From positions 1 through 26,949 of the forward strand of contig CAZPCG010000002.1 in assembly GCA_964584875.1 (NCBI GenBank): a stretch of 26,949 nt of DNA. The letters run 5' to 3'. The translations under genes and the position numbers were made by a program. The notes under the pieces were generated by a model, which worked only from the letters and a program-made list of their open reading frames with translations, did not search any database and was not told the DNA's origin. Below are positions 10,531-18,923 of this stretch, piece by piece (positions within the stretch are counted from its first letter, which is position 1; every line of letters starts with the position of its first letter). The stretch is from an uncultured Spirochaetota bacterium. Lineage in GTDB: Bacteria; Spirochaetota; B62-G9; DRHN01.

Positions 10531-11012
10531 TGAAGAAGATCGTGGCCTTTTGCCTTGTGCTACTCCTCAGCCTGCTGCCATCGCTTGCGGTGATGGCGCA
10601 GAGTGAGCAGTATGTGAGGAAGGACCCAATACTTGCCGGAGCCCTCTCATGGTACGTTCCAGGGCTGGGGCAGTTTTATGCAGGCGCTTTTGTAAAAGGT
10701 GCCATCTTCTGGGTTGTTGAGGAGACACTCCTCGTAAGCACCATTTTAACGCTCGCTGAGCTGGAGTTGAATGTTACAGGCGATATTGGTCTGGGTCTGA
10801 ATATTAAGTCGAAGGAAAATCCCGCTAAAGGTGAGAGGAGAACCGCGCTTGTGCTTGGCACATCGTTGATTGTTCTTCATTTCATCAATGTTGTAGATGC
10901 GGTGAATACCACAAGGAACTACAACAAGAAACAGGGAAGGGGTCTGGTCACAGAGTTAAGATATGATGAAGAGAATAAAGTGTACAGCGTGGGAATCGAG
11001 GGTCGCTTTTGA
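10530..11012 (+). CDS. Exported membrane protein, DUF5683/Borrelia P13-like (paralog 1)
   Basis: Signal peptide, KDPILAGALSWYVPGLGQFY motif, two further hydrophobic segments, NVVDAV..YNKK, and an amphipathic C-terminus ending in F. Coupled to the ptsH stop codon. Family assignment is by eye. Confidence 0.6.
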   Translation: MKKIVAFCLVLLLSLLPSLAVMAQSEQYVRKDPILAGALSWYVPGLGQFYAGAFVKGAIFWVVEETLLVSTILTLAELELNVTGDIGLGLNIKSKENPAKGERRTALVLGTSLIVLHFINVVDAVNTTRNYNKKQGRGLVTELRYDEENKVYSVGIEGRF

Positions 11013-11076
11013 GTGCTGCGTAATGCAGCGAGGACGATTATTTTATGAATGCCGCAGGGCGGCAGGCAGGGCATGT

Positions 11077-11775
11077 ATGAAACGAGTAATCATGATTGTT
11101 CTCGGAGCATCTCTTCTCTTTTTTGGGATGTCCATCGGTTTGTGCAGTGAAGGGGATGGATTTCCCATTCAACAACTTTTTTTTGAGGGAAGCAGCCTCC
11201 ATCCTTTGGAGCCGATGTACGGTGGGTCCGGAATGAATAGCAGTACAGACGTTCAGAGCCTGATCGATTTGCCATGGCTTTCGGTCGAATCACTCCCAGG
11301 TATGACGGCCCTGGAGGAAGCTTTGAGTTTGGTGCAGGCTCCCTTTGCCAGGATGGCCGATTTCTCTCCTATAGAAAAAGACCCCTTCATTGCGGGGCTG
11401 CTCTCATGGTTCATGATGGGGATGGGGCAGATATACGCCCATGAATACACGAAGGGCTCAATCTTCATTGCTGCTGACCTTGCCAGCAAGGCATCTCTCA
11501 TCCTGCTCATCTCCCATATCAATACCAAGTATCATCCTAGTGGAAATGGGGTCATCAACATCGACTGGAAATCCTTTGACAACAACACGCGATTCCTCGT
11601 TGTTTCTTATTTCGCGGGCTCTTTCGGGTTGCGGGTTTATAATGTGATAGATGCGGTAAGATCGGCTCAGAGGTACAATGAGCGGTATTATTTACAGAAG
11701 AAGAGAAGCGGTATGTCTTTCTCAATTGAGCAGGAAAGTCTTTCTATTAACTGCAGCGTATTGTTTAAAAAGTAA
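11077..11775 (+). CDS. Exported membrane protein, DUF5683/P13-like (paralog 2)
   Basis: Signal-like N-terminus (MKRVIMIVLGASLLFFG), KDPFIAGLLSWFMMGMGQIY motif and NVIDAV..YNER. Start moved from 10963 to ATG11077. Confidence 0.6.
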   Translation: MKRVIMIVLGASLLFFGMSIGLCSEGDGFPIQQLFFEGSSLHPLEPMYGGSGMNSSTDVQSLIDLPWLSVESLPGMTALEEALSLVQAPFARMADFSPIEKDPFIAGLLSWFMMGMGQIYAHEYTKGSIFIAADLASKASLILLISHINTKYHPSGNGVINIDWKSFDNNTRFLVVSYFAGSFGLRVYNVIDAVRSAQRYNERYYLQKKRSGMSFSIEQESLSINCSVLFKK

Positions 11776-11824
11776 TTCGTTCCGCATGAGTTGATTTCAA
11801 GAGCACCGTCCGAGAGCACCATCT

Positions 11825-12391
11825 ATGAAAAAGGTACGGATATTCTTTTTTTTTACCGCCCTGTATGTGCTGGCAAGCACCTCATACCTCGTTGCAGAAG
11901 ATCTGACCATTCAGTTTTCAGGGCATACAGTTGACCGTGATACACTGCATGCCTACTTCTCTCTCAAAGGTGCAATATCCTACGATACCATCGATGCCAT
12001 TCGGAATGGAATCACTGCCAAGTTCTTCATAACTTTTCAACTTTCAAGATCAGGTGGGCTTCTAGGAATCGGGAGGAGTACGTACATCGAAAAGGTAGAG
12101 ACCTTCAACATATCCTATGATGTGTGGGAGAATCTTTTCATCATCGAGGACAGAAACAGGAAAGGCAGGCACCAGGCCCTGAGCTCATCGGATATCATCA
12201 ACAAGATCAACAGCATCATAAGTCCCCTGTCCTTGAGTCTCACCTCGACCAGGAATGCCGAGCCTCTGTACCTGAGGGCTAAGGTGAAGATGCAGACGAT
12301 AAAGCTCTTTCCACCCTTCGGAATATTTTTAATCTTTTTCGACCCCTGGAACTATGAGAGCAGATGGGTGTATACCGATATCGAACAGTAA
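11825..12391 (+). CDS. Exported protein, DUF4390-like
   Basis: Signal peptide, DAIRNGITAKFFITFQL and ISYDVWENLF patterns; lies immediately upstream of an NtrY-like kinase, the usual context for this family. Confidence 0.6.
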   Translation: MKKVRIFFFFTALYVLASTSYLVAEDLTIQFSGHTVDRDTLHAYFSLKGAISYDTIDAIRNGITAKFFITFQLSRSGGLLGIGRSTYIEKVETFNISYDVWENLFIIEDRNRKGRHQALSSSDIINKINSIISPLSLSLTSTRNAEPLYLRAKVKMQTIKLFPPFGIFLIFFDPWNYESRWVYTDIEQ

Positions 12392-12448
12392 GACCAGATG
12401 GGAGAGCTGTATCGGTTTGGTATGTCGAATTCCTGCTATGGATGAACC

Positions 12449-14179
12449 ATGAAACGCGGGAAACTGCTTAAAAATAAAAAGCTCGTTATTACTGTTCTTA
12501 TATCATTCTTCTCTTTCTACTTCGTTGCTGTAATCTATTTCAGTTTTGGCGTCGACCCGCTCATCGTCTTTCAATCGATCGTTGGGAACAGGCTGTTCCT
12601 CATTGCCCTTATCCTCTTATTCTCAATCATGCTCTTCCTTGTCCTGTACAACCTGTTCCAGGTTGTGATGGAGCGGATTAAGAACAGGGAAGGGTCGAAA
12701 TTCAGGTTACGTTTGACTGTGTTTTTTCTCGTGGTGACGCTGATACCGATAGTACCTTTGTCATTGATCTCCAACAACCTGATAGCAAAGAGCATAAACC
12801 TCTGGTTTATGAGTGGCATTGAGGGATCGCTCATGGACGCTATGGAGGTTTCAAAAGAGCTATACAACAGGTTGAGCTATGAGAGCAGGGATGAGTGGGA
12901 AGACGTCTGCGCTGATTGCAGCGAGGATGATATGGGATCCATCCCCTTCAAGGCAATCGACGGCATTCTTTCCTACACTGACGGTGGAGGGGAGGTGCGG
13001 GTGATTTTTCTCCGCGACATGCGGGTAATGGAAGCTTTTGATAAAACAATTAAGTTTCCCGAACTGGATGTCCATGGGTGGAAGAGAGTTTCCCTGGAGG
13101 AACAGGAGTTTCTCCTGATTCCGGTAAGACTCGATGATGACAGGAGCTATATTCTTGTGCGGAATGTCCCGGATAATATTAGAAGTTATACCAGCACAAT
13201 TTCGGCAGGTCTGCAGAATTACCGGACGTTGAAGATAATTCGTGAGCCTGTGAAGGGAATCATTATTCTTTTGTTCATCGTTCTTATCATGCCCTTCGTT
13301 CTTCTCTCCTTTTATCTGAGCCTCCTAATATCTCGGGAAGTTACCGATCCTATCAAAGCTCTTGCCATTGCCACTCAGAAAGTAGCAGATGATGAGCTTA
13401 CCTACACCATCGAGCTGGAGGCGAAGGATGAGCTGAAGTTGCTCATCGATTCGTTCAACAAGATGACCAGGGACCTCAGGGTGAACAAAGAACTTCTGAA
13501 GCATTCGGAGAGGAGTGCCGCCTGGCGGGATATCGCTCGAAAGATCGCCCACGAGATCAAAAATCCACTTACTCCTATCAGGCTCTCAGCAGAGCGAATG
13601 TTAAAGCTTTACAGCAAGAATGATCGATACAGGGAAGTTCTCACAAAAGGGATAGACACAATTTTCAAGGAAGTGGAAACCATCACAGATATGGTCAATG
13701 AGTTTTCAGATTTTGCAAGATTTCCTGACACAAAACTTTCCAGACATGATATTATTCCCATCATCAATGGCGTACTTGATTTTCTAAGGGATGCACATAA
13801 AGACATAGGGTTTACCTTCACCCATACCGAGGATAGTGTGTACCTTATGGTTGATGCGGCGCAGATCAGGAGAGCCCTGCTCAATATCATCTATAACAGC
13901 ATCAATGCCATCAGGGATAAGGGGTCGATTTCAATATCGTGCTATCCGGGGAAGGATACTGGAAACGGGAGTTACATAATAGCAATCAGCGACAATGGTA
14001 TCGGTATAGACCCCGACATAAGGGACAGCATATTCGATCCATATTTTTCGAAGGATGGAAGAGGGGCTGGACTGGGGCTTACCATTGTGGAAAAAATAGT
14101 GCTCGATAACAAGGGGAAGATATGGTTTGAGAGTGAACCCGGGATCACAACCTTTTATATGGAGTTTGCGAAGGCATGA
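12449..14179 (+). CDS. NtrY-like sensor histidine kinase (4 TM, HAMP, HisKA, HATPase; no PAS)
   Basis: HAMP (PIKALAIATQKVA...DELKLLIDSFNKM), H-box AWRDIARKIAHEIKNPLTPI, and N/G1/F/G2 boxes (NIIYNS, DNGIG, PYFS, GLGL). Confidence 0.9.
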   Translation: MKRGKLLKNKKLVITVLISFFSFYFVAVIYFSFGVDPLIVFQSIVGNRLFLIALILLFSIMLFLVLYNLFQVVMERIKNREGSKFRLRLTVFFLVVTLIPIVPLSLISNNLIAKSINLWFMSGIEGSLMDAMEVSKELYNRLSYESRDEWEDVCADCSEDDMGSIPFKAIDGILSYTDGGGEVRVIFLRDMRVMEAFDKTIKFPELDVHGWKRVSLEEQEFLLIPVRLDDDRSYILVRNVPDNIRSYTSTISAGLQNYRTLKIIREPVKGIIILLFIVLIMPFVLLSFYLSLLISREVTDPIKALAIATQKVADDELTYTIELEAKDELKLLIDSFNKMTRDLRVNKELLKHSERSAAWRDIARKIAHEIKNPLTPIRLSAERMLKLYSKNDRYREVLTKGIDTIFKEVETITDMVNEFSDFARFPDTKLSRHDIIPIINGVLDFLRDAHKDIGFTFTHTEDSVYLMVDAAQIRRALLNIIYNSINAIRDKGSISISCYPGKDTGNGSYIIAISDNGIGIDPDIRDSIFDPYFSKDGRGAGLGLTIVEKIVLDNKGKIWFESEPGITTFYMEFAKA

Positions 14180-15555
14180 AAACGGTAGTGGTCGTGGATG
14201 ATGAGCAGAGAATACGGGAAACCCTGAAGGATATTCTTGAGGACGAAGGCTATAAGGTTCTCGTTGCAGAAAATGGAAAAGAAGCCCTCGAAATTGTCAG
14301 CTTCAATACGGTCGATGTGGTTCTCCTCGACCTGTGGCTGCCTGAGATGGGCGGAATGGAGGTACTGAGGAAGATCAAGGAGGTTGAGGGTGACCTCCAG
14401 GTTATCATGATTTCTGGACACGGTACCATAGACTCGGCCGTTCAGGCGACCAAAAGTGGCGCTTTTGACTTCCTGGAAAAACCCCTGTCGATCGGGAGGG
14501 TGCTCAAAGTCGTAGACCATGCAATCAAGATCAGCGGGCTTCGGAAGGAAAACATCGCCCTGCGGCAGAGGAATCAGAATATTTACTACATGGTCAGGGG
14601 CACATCCAGGGCTTTCGAGGAAATCGAGGGCATCATCAACAATTGCGCTGCAAGCAATTCACGCGTCTTAATCAGTGGTGAAAACGGAACAGGAAAGGAA
14701 GTCGTGGCGAGAACTATCCATCTCAAAAGCCCGCGGCGGGATGGACCCTTTGTCGCTGTGAATTGTGCGGCGATTCCACAGACCCTGATAGAATCTGAGC
14801 TGTTCGGATATCAGAGGGGGGCCTTCACGGGAGCGGTGAGCGATAAAAAGGGAAAGTTCGAGATTGCAAGCGGCGGGACGATTTTCCTCGATGAGGTTGC
14901 CGACATGAGCCTTGCCGCACAGGCAAAGGTGCTGCGTGTGCTTGAAGAGATGCAGATCGAGAGAATTGGGGGGGTGGCACCTATCAGGATCGATGTTCGG
15001 GTCATAGCGGCAACGAATAAAGACATAACGAGGGAAATCAGGGAGAGAAGGTTCAGGGATGATCTGTATTATAGATTGAACGTTGTTCCCATGCACGTAC
15101 CACCCCTTCGTGAGAGGCGGGAAGATATACCCCAGCTCATCGAGTACTATCTTGCATATTTTGCCAATGAGAGCAACAGGAAGAGAAAGACGATGAGCGA
15201 GGAGGCACGATCATACCTCACCGAAATGTATTCCTGGCCGGGTAATATCAGGGAATTGAAAAATCTGATCGAAAGGATTACGATTCTCACGAAAGGTGAT
15301 ACGATAATGCTGCGTGATGTTGAGCAAAACCTCCCAAGACTCACCGAAGAGGAGGCAGCATCCGCTCTATTGACAGAGCTCCAGTACAATCTAGAGCTGA
15401 AGAAGGCCAAAAAGCTGTTCGAACGGAAGTACATTACGAATGTGTTGAGGGAGAATGAGTATAATATCACCAAGGCGGCTAACGTTCTCAAGGTTGAAAG
15501 ATCAAACCTGTACAAACTCATGAAGCGGTTGAACATAGCATATGCAAAAGAGTAA
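14176..15555 (+). CDS. NtrX/NtrC-like sigma54-dependent response regulator
   Basis: REC domain (VVDDE, LLDLWLP, FLEKP), AAA+ domain (GENGTGKE, ELFGYQRGAFTGA, FLDEV, WPGNIREL) and a Fis-type HTH; ATGA overlap with the kinase. Confidence 0.93.
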   Translation: MKTVVVVDDEQRIRETLKDILEDEGYKVLVAENGKEALEIVSFNTVDVVLLDLWLPEMGGMEVLRKIKEVEGDLQVIMISGHGTIDSAVQATKSGAFDFLEKPLSIGRVLKVVDHAIKISGLRKENIALRQRNQNIYYMVRGTSRAFEEIEGIINNCAASNSRVLISGENGTGKEVVARTIHLKSPRRDGPFVAVNCAAIPQTLIESELFGYQRGAFTGAVSDKKGKFEIASGGTIFLDEVADMSLAAQAKVLRVLEEMQIERIGGVAPIRIDVRVIAATNKDITREIRERRFRDDLYYRLNVVPMHVPPLRERREDIPQLIEYYLAYFANESNRKRKTMSEEARSYLTEMYSWPGNIRELKNLIERITILTKGDTIMLRDVEQNLPRLTEEEAASALLTELQYNLELKKAKKLFERKYITNVLRENEYNITKAANVLKVERSNLYKLMKRLNIAYAKE

Positions 15556-16573
15556 ACCCACAACAACGATTCCACCGGCAAAGCTCCTGCAGGAGCTTAA
15601 AAAGGGCATGGTGCACCCGGTGTACCTCCTTCTCGGAGAAGAGAGAGGAGGGAAGGAGGAGTTCATCCGCCACCTTCAGCGCAGGCTCTCCTGTGATTCG
15701 ACTGACAGGCGGTCGATGAATACAACGGTGTATCACGGCGATGACGCCATTCCGGAGGAAATCGTTGAAAATCTCAACACCTATTCCTTCTTTTCAGGCA
15801 GGAAGCTTGCTGTAGTGCATGATTTCGACAGGATGAAGAGCAGCAGAGCCGTGCCCGAGTACCTCGGCTCACCGAATGTTGGGGCTGTCCTTGTTCTGCT
15901 GTCCGATAAGAAATCAGTTTCGAAGCAGGTGATGGAGCTGGTCGAACAGCATGGAAGGGTGAGCATCTTCTGGCCTATGTTTCGCCACGAGGGTGAACGG
16001 TGGGTCGCAGAGAAGTTGCAGGAGCTTGGAATAACCGCTGACCGTGAAACTGTCCGGTACATCGTTGAGCTTTCAGGAACTGGCATGGAGGACCTGAACA
16101 ATCAGATACTGAGTATCAGGGATTACCTCGGCGAGGGGGAAAAGCTCACCCTTGAAAAAGCACGGTCAATTGTATCCTCGATCTACAATCACACGGTGTT
16201 TGACCTTGTGCAGTCCCTTTTTCAGAAACCACCGGGGGAGATGATCTCGATCTATCGCAAGCTCATCGATAATGGTGAGTTCCCTTCCAGGATACTCTTT
16301 TCCTGCATCAGGGAGATTCTGAAAATCTTCTCCGTGTATGCACTGAAAAAGGGAGGGTATGATTTCCCGTGGATTGTAAAAAAGCTCGGTCTTAGAAAGA
16401 TGGAGGCTGAACGGATACAGAAGATCGTTGGCAGGGTAAACCTGAGGACCTTCCGGGCGCTGTTTGCAGCGGTGACAAAACTGGATTATACGATGAAATC
16501 CAGCCCCGCCGAGCTGGGAGAGGTTGAGTTTGAAAGGTTCCTGGCGGAGCTTTTGTCGTACGGGGGAAATTGA
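15542..16573 (+). CDS. holA: DNA polymerase III delta subunit
   Basis: PVYLLLGEE, YSFFSGRKLAVV, NHTVFDLV and C-terminal LDYTMKS..EVEFERFL patterns; length 343 aa. Confidence 0.8.
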   Translation: MQKSKPTTTIPPAKLLQELKKGMVHPVYLLLGEERGGKEEFIRHLQRRLSCDSTDRRSMNTTVYHGDDAIPEEIVENLNTYSFFSGRKLAVVHDFDRMKSSRAVPEYLGSPNVGAVLVLLSDKKSVSKQVMELVEQHGRVSIFWPMFRHEGERWVAEKLQELGITADRETVRYIVELSGTGMEDLNNQILSIRDYLGEGEKLTLEKARSIVSSIYNHTVFDLVQSLFQKPPGEMISIYRKLIDNGEFPSRILFSCIREILKIFSVYALKKGGYDFPWIVKKLGLRKMEAERIQKIVGRVNLRTFRALFAAVTKLDYTMKSSPAELGEVEFERFLAELLSYGGN

Positions 16574-16574
16574 A

Positions 16575-17582
16575 ATGCCCGATGTTGTGAGCATAGGCGA
16601 GGCGTTGATCGACTTTCTCTCTGTGGAGAAAGGGGTGCTGCTTGAAAATACTTCGGGTTTTACGATCGCTCCTGGAGGAGCCCCTGCAAATGTTGCCGCC
16701 GCAGTTGCCAGGCTCGGGGGCAGTTCGGGGTTCATAGGCAAGGTGGGTAGCTATTCCTTCGGGAGGTTGTTCAGGAATACCCTTGCAAAAGCGGGTGTGG
16801 ATATCGAACTGCTCAGGGTGGGAAAAACGGTCAATACAACGCTGGCATTCATAGCGGTAAAGCCTGATGGAGAACCAGATTTCACCTTCTACCGGAAGCA
16901 CGGAGGGGCTGACATATCCCTCAGACAGGATGAGCTCGATAAGGGATACATACTTGACTCGAAAATATTCCACTTCGGGTCCTTGAGCTTCACCGACGAA
17001 CCGTTGAGAAGCACAACGTTGAGTGCCCTTGAGATCGCAAGAGGGGCGGGAAAGATCATTTCCTTCGACCCCAACCTCAGGCCGTCGCTGTGGGAAAACC
17101 TCGGGCAGGCAAAGGCAGAGATGGAGAGGGGCCTCCAGTACGCCGACATTGTGAAGATCACCGTTGAAGAGCTCGAATTTCTTACCGGGGTAAAACATCT
17201 TTCGGGATTCGATCGGAGATTCGATCTCATCTTCAAGCATGGACCAAGGATGGTTTTAGTGACGAGAGGTGAGAGCTCCTGCTCCTTCAGCAATGGGACG
17301 ATCGCAATTGAGGTTCCCGCCTTCCGGGTGGACCTCGTCGATGCAACCGGTGCAGGCGACGCCTTTGTTGGAGGGGTGTTGTGCAAGATGCTCCAGAGAA
17401 TAAGGGAGGGTCAGGCTGCCTTCGACCTTGCGAAAGACGAGGCAGAGGATATGCTTCGCTTTGCCCACGCCTGCGGGGCCATCACGGTTACAAGGAAGGG
17501 TGTGATTCCAGCCCTTCCCACCCTCCAGGAGGTGAACGGCTTCCTGGAAAACATCCCTAAGGCACCCTTTTCAGACCAATAG
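16575..17582 (+). CDS. PfkB-family carbohydrate kinase (fructokinase-like)
   Basis: IGEALIDF, PGGAPANVA, ISFDPNLRPSLW and VDATGAGDAFVGG. Start set at ATG16575. Confidence 0.9.
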   Translation: MPDVVSIGEALIDFLSVEKGVLLENTSGFTIAPGGAPANVAAAVARLGGSSGFIGKVGSYSFGRLFRNTLAKAGVDIELLRVGKTVNTTLAFIAVKPDGEPDFTFYRKHGGADISLRQDELDKGYILDSKIFHFGSLSFTDEPLRSTTLSALEIARGAGKIISFDPNLRPSLWENLGQAKAEMERGLQYADIVKITVEELEFLTGVKHLSGFDRRFDLIFKHGPRMVLVTRGESSCSFSNGTIAIEVPAFRVDLVDATGAGDAFVGGVLCKMLQRIREGQAAFDLAKDEAEDMLRFAHACGAITVTRKGVIPALPTLQEVNGFLENIPKAPFSDQ

Positions 17583-17600
17583 AGATTATACAGGCGACCC

Positions 17601-18593
17601 CTATTTTTTCAGCCAGGCCATCATAGCCCTCAGCTCTTTTCCGACCCTTTCAATGAGATGTTCTTCGCCCATTTTCTTCAGCTTGTTGTACACAGGCCTG
17701 TTAGCCTGATTTTCCAGGATCCATTCCCTCGCAAACTCTCCGCTCTGAACTCCCCTGAGCATCTTCTTCATTTCAGCCCGCACGTGATCATCGATGATCC
17801 GCGGCCCCCTCGTGTAGTCACCGTACTCGGCGGTGTTGCTGATAGAGTAGCGCATGAGCGACATGCCGCCCTCGTTCATGAGGTCGACTATGAGCTTCAT
17901 CTCATGCATGCACTCGAAATAGGCTATTTCAGGCTGGTAGCCGGCTTCAACGAGTGTCTCGAAGCCCGCCTGGATCAGGGCGGTGATCCCCCCGCACAGA
18001 ACGGCCTGCTCCCCGAAAAGGTCGGTTTCTGTTTCTTCCTTGAAGGACGTCTCAATTACACCGGCCCTCGTAGCACCGATGCCCTTCGCATAAGCGAGGG
18101 CGTGCTCCTTCGCTCTCCCCGATTTATTCTGGTGGACGGCAATCAGGCTCGGCACACCCTTCCCCTCTACGTACATCCTCCTAACAAGGTGCCCGGGGCC
18201 CTTTGGAGCTATCATGATAACATCGATCTCAGAGGGTGGCACGATCTGATCGTAGTGGATGTTGAAGCCGTGGGAGAAAACGAGGGTGTTACCGGCTTTC
18301 AGGTTTTTCTCTATGGATTCCCTGTAGATTCGTGACTGCAGCTCATCAGGCAGGAGAATATGGATGAAGTCAGCTCTCTCTGCCGCTTCAGTGGCACTCA
18401 GAGGGTCGAATCCGTGATCCTTTGCAAGCTTCCAGTTATCGGTGCCCTTCAGTTCAGAAACGATGATGTTTAGACCGCTGTCCCTGAGATTCTGCGCCTG
18501 TGCGTGACCCTGGCTTCCATAACCGATTATTGCCAGGGTCTTTCCCTTCAGCAGAGACAGGTCTGCATCGCTGTCGTAGTACATCTTTGCCAT
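17601..18593 (-). CDS. ilvC: Ketol-acid reductoisomerase, class I (330 aa)
   Basis: [43 protein letters not shown] and [22 protein letters not shown] lies 7 nt before the ATG at 18593 (the ORF-track start 18746 is too far upstream). Confidence 0.98.
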   Translation of the reverse strand: MAKMYYDSDADLSLLKGKTLAIIGYGSQGHAQAQNLRDSGLNIIVSELKGTDNWKLAKDHGFDPLSATEAAERADFIHILLPDELQSRIYRESIEKNLKAGNTLVFSHGFNIHYDQIVPPSEIDVIMIAPKGPGHLVRRMYVEGKGVPSLIAVHQNKSGRAKEHALAYAKGIGATRAGVIETSFKEETETDLFGEQAVLCGGITALIQAGFETLVEAGYQPEIAYFECMHEMKLIVDLMNEGGMSLMRYSISNTAEYGDYTRGPRIIDDHVRAEMKKMLRGVQSGEFAREWILENQANRPVYNKLKKMGEEHLIERVGKELRAMMAWLKK

Positions 18594-18717
18594 AGCTCCA
18601 TCCTCCGGATAAATTTTATAATCAAGTGAATTTGTCAATCTTCCCCAGTAAATATTATGTTGTGCCGAAAAATCGAAGAAAATGTGCCGTATACAGGGAT
18701 GAAAATACGGTAGTGCC

Positions 18718-18746
18718 AAGGTAACATGAAACATCCCCTGTGTCAA
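18718..18746 (-). promoter_or_regulatory. Candidate sigma70-type promoter for ilvC
   Basis: On the minus strand: TTGACA (18746-18741), 17-bp spacer, TACCTT (18723-18718). Confidence 0.4.
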
Positions 18747-18821
18747 TTCATGAATCGTCTGAACAGAGGAGCATCACAGGCTTGGAAACCCGGCCTTTTT
18801 GCCTGCCGATCCAAAAATCCC

Positions 18822-18850
18822 TTGACAATGATGGTTATTGTTCGCAATTT
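18822..18850 (+). promoter_or_regulatory. Candidate promoter for the V/A-ATPase operon
   Basis: Perfect TTGACA (18822-18827), but only a weak -10 (CAATTT) at 17-bp spacing. Confidence 0.3.
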
Positions 18851-18923
18851 TAGCACAGTCCGGCGTATTTTGAAGCATATAACGGTGCACGGCAGATGCG
18901 GCAGGAGCCAATAAAGGATATAC

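Noticed and set aside
16392-17240. 282-aa antisense ORF
   Set aside because: Shadow of holA and the PfkB kinase; no domain signal or RBS support.
17658-18335. 225-aa + strand ORF
   Set aside because: Antisense shadow of ilvC.
18610-18638. Second ilvC promoter from TTGACA at 18633-18638
   Set aside because: The best -10 (TAAAAT) is only 14 bp away, and 17-bp spacing gives a poor hexamer with a start site on top of the RBS.
18701-18718. TGGCAC on the minus strand as a sigma54 site for ilvC
   Set aside because: No GC at the -12 position (reads TGGCACTACCGTATT); the two CGGCAC copies fail in the same way.
18594-18746. ilvC N-terminal extension, leader peptide or T-box
   Set aside because: The ORF-track TTG start is the candidate -35 hexamer. 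The roughly 118-nt leader has no ATG-initiated Ile/Leu/Val-rich peptide, no T-box motif and no terminator.
18713-18914. Small ORFs in the divergent spacer (62-121 aa)
   Set aside because: They overlap promoter-like motifs or neighbouring genes, have no motifs and no convincing RBS.
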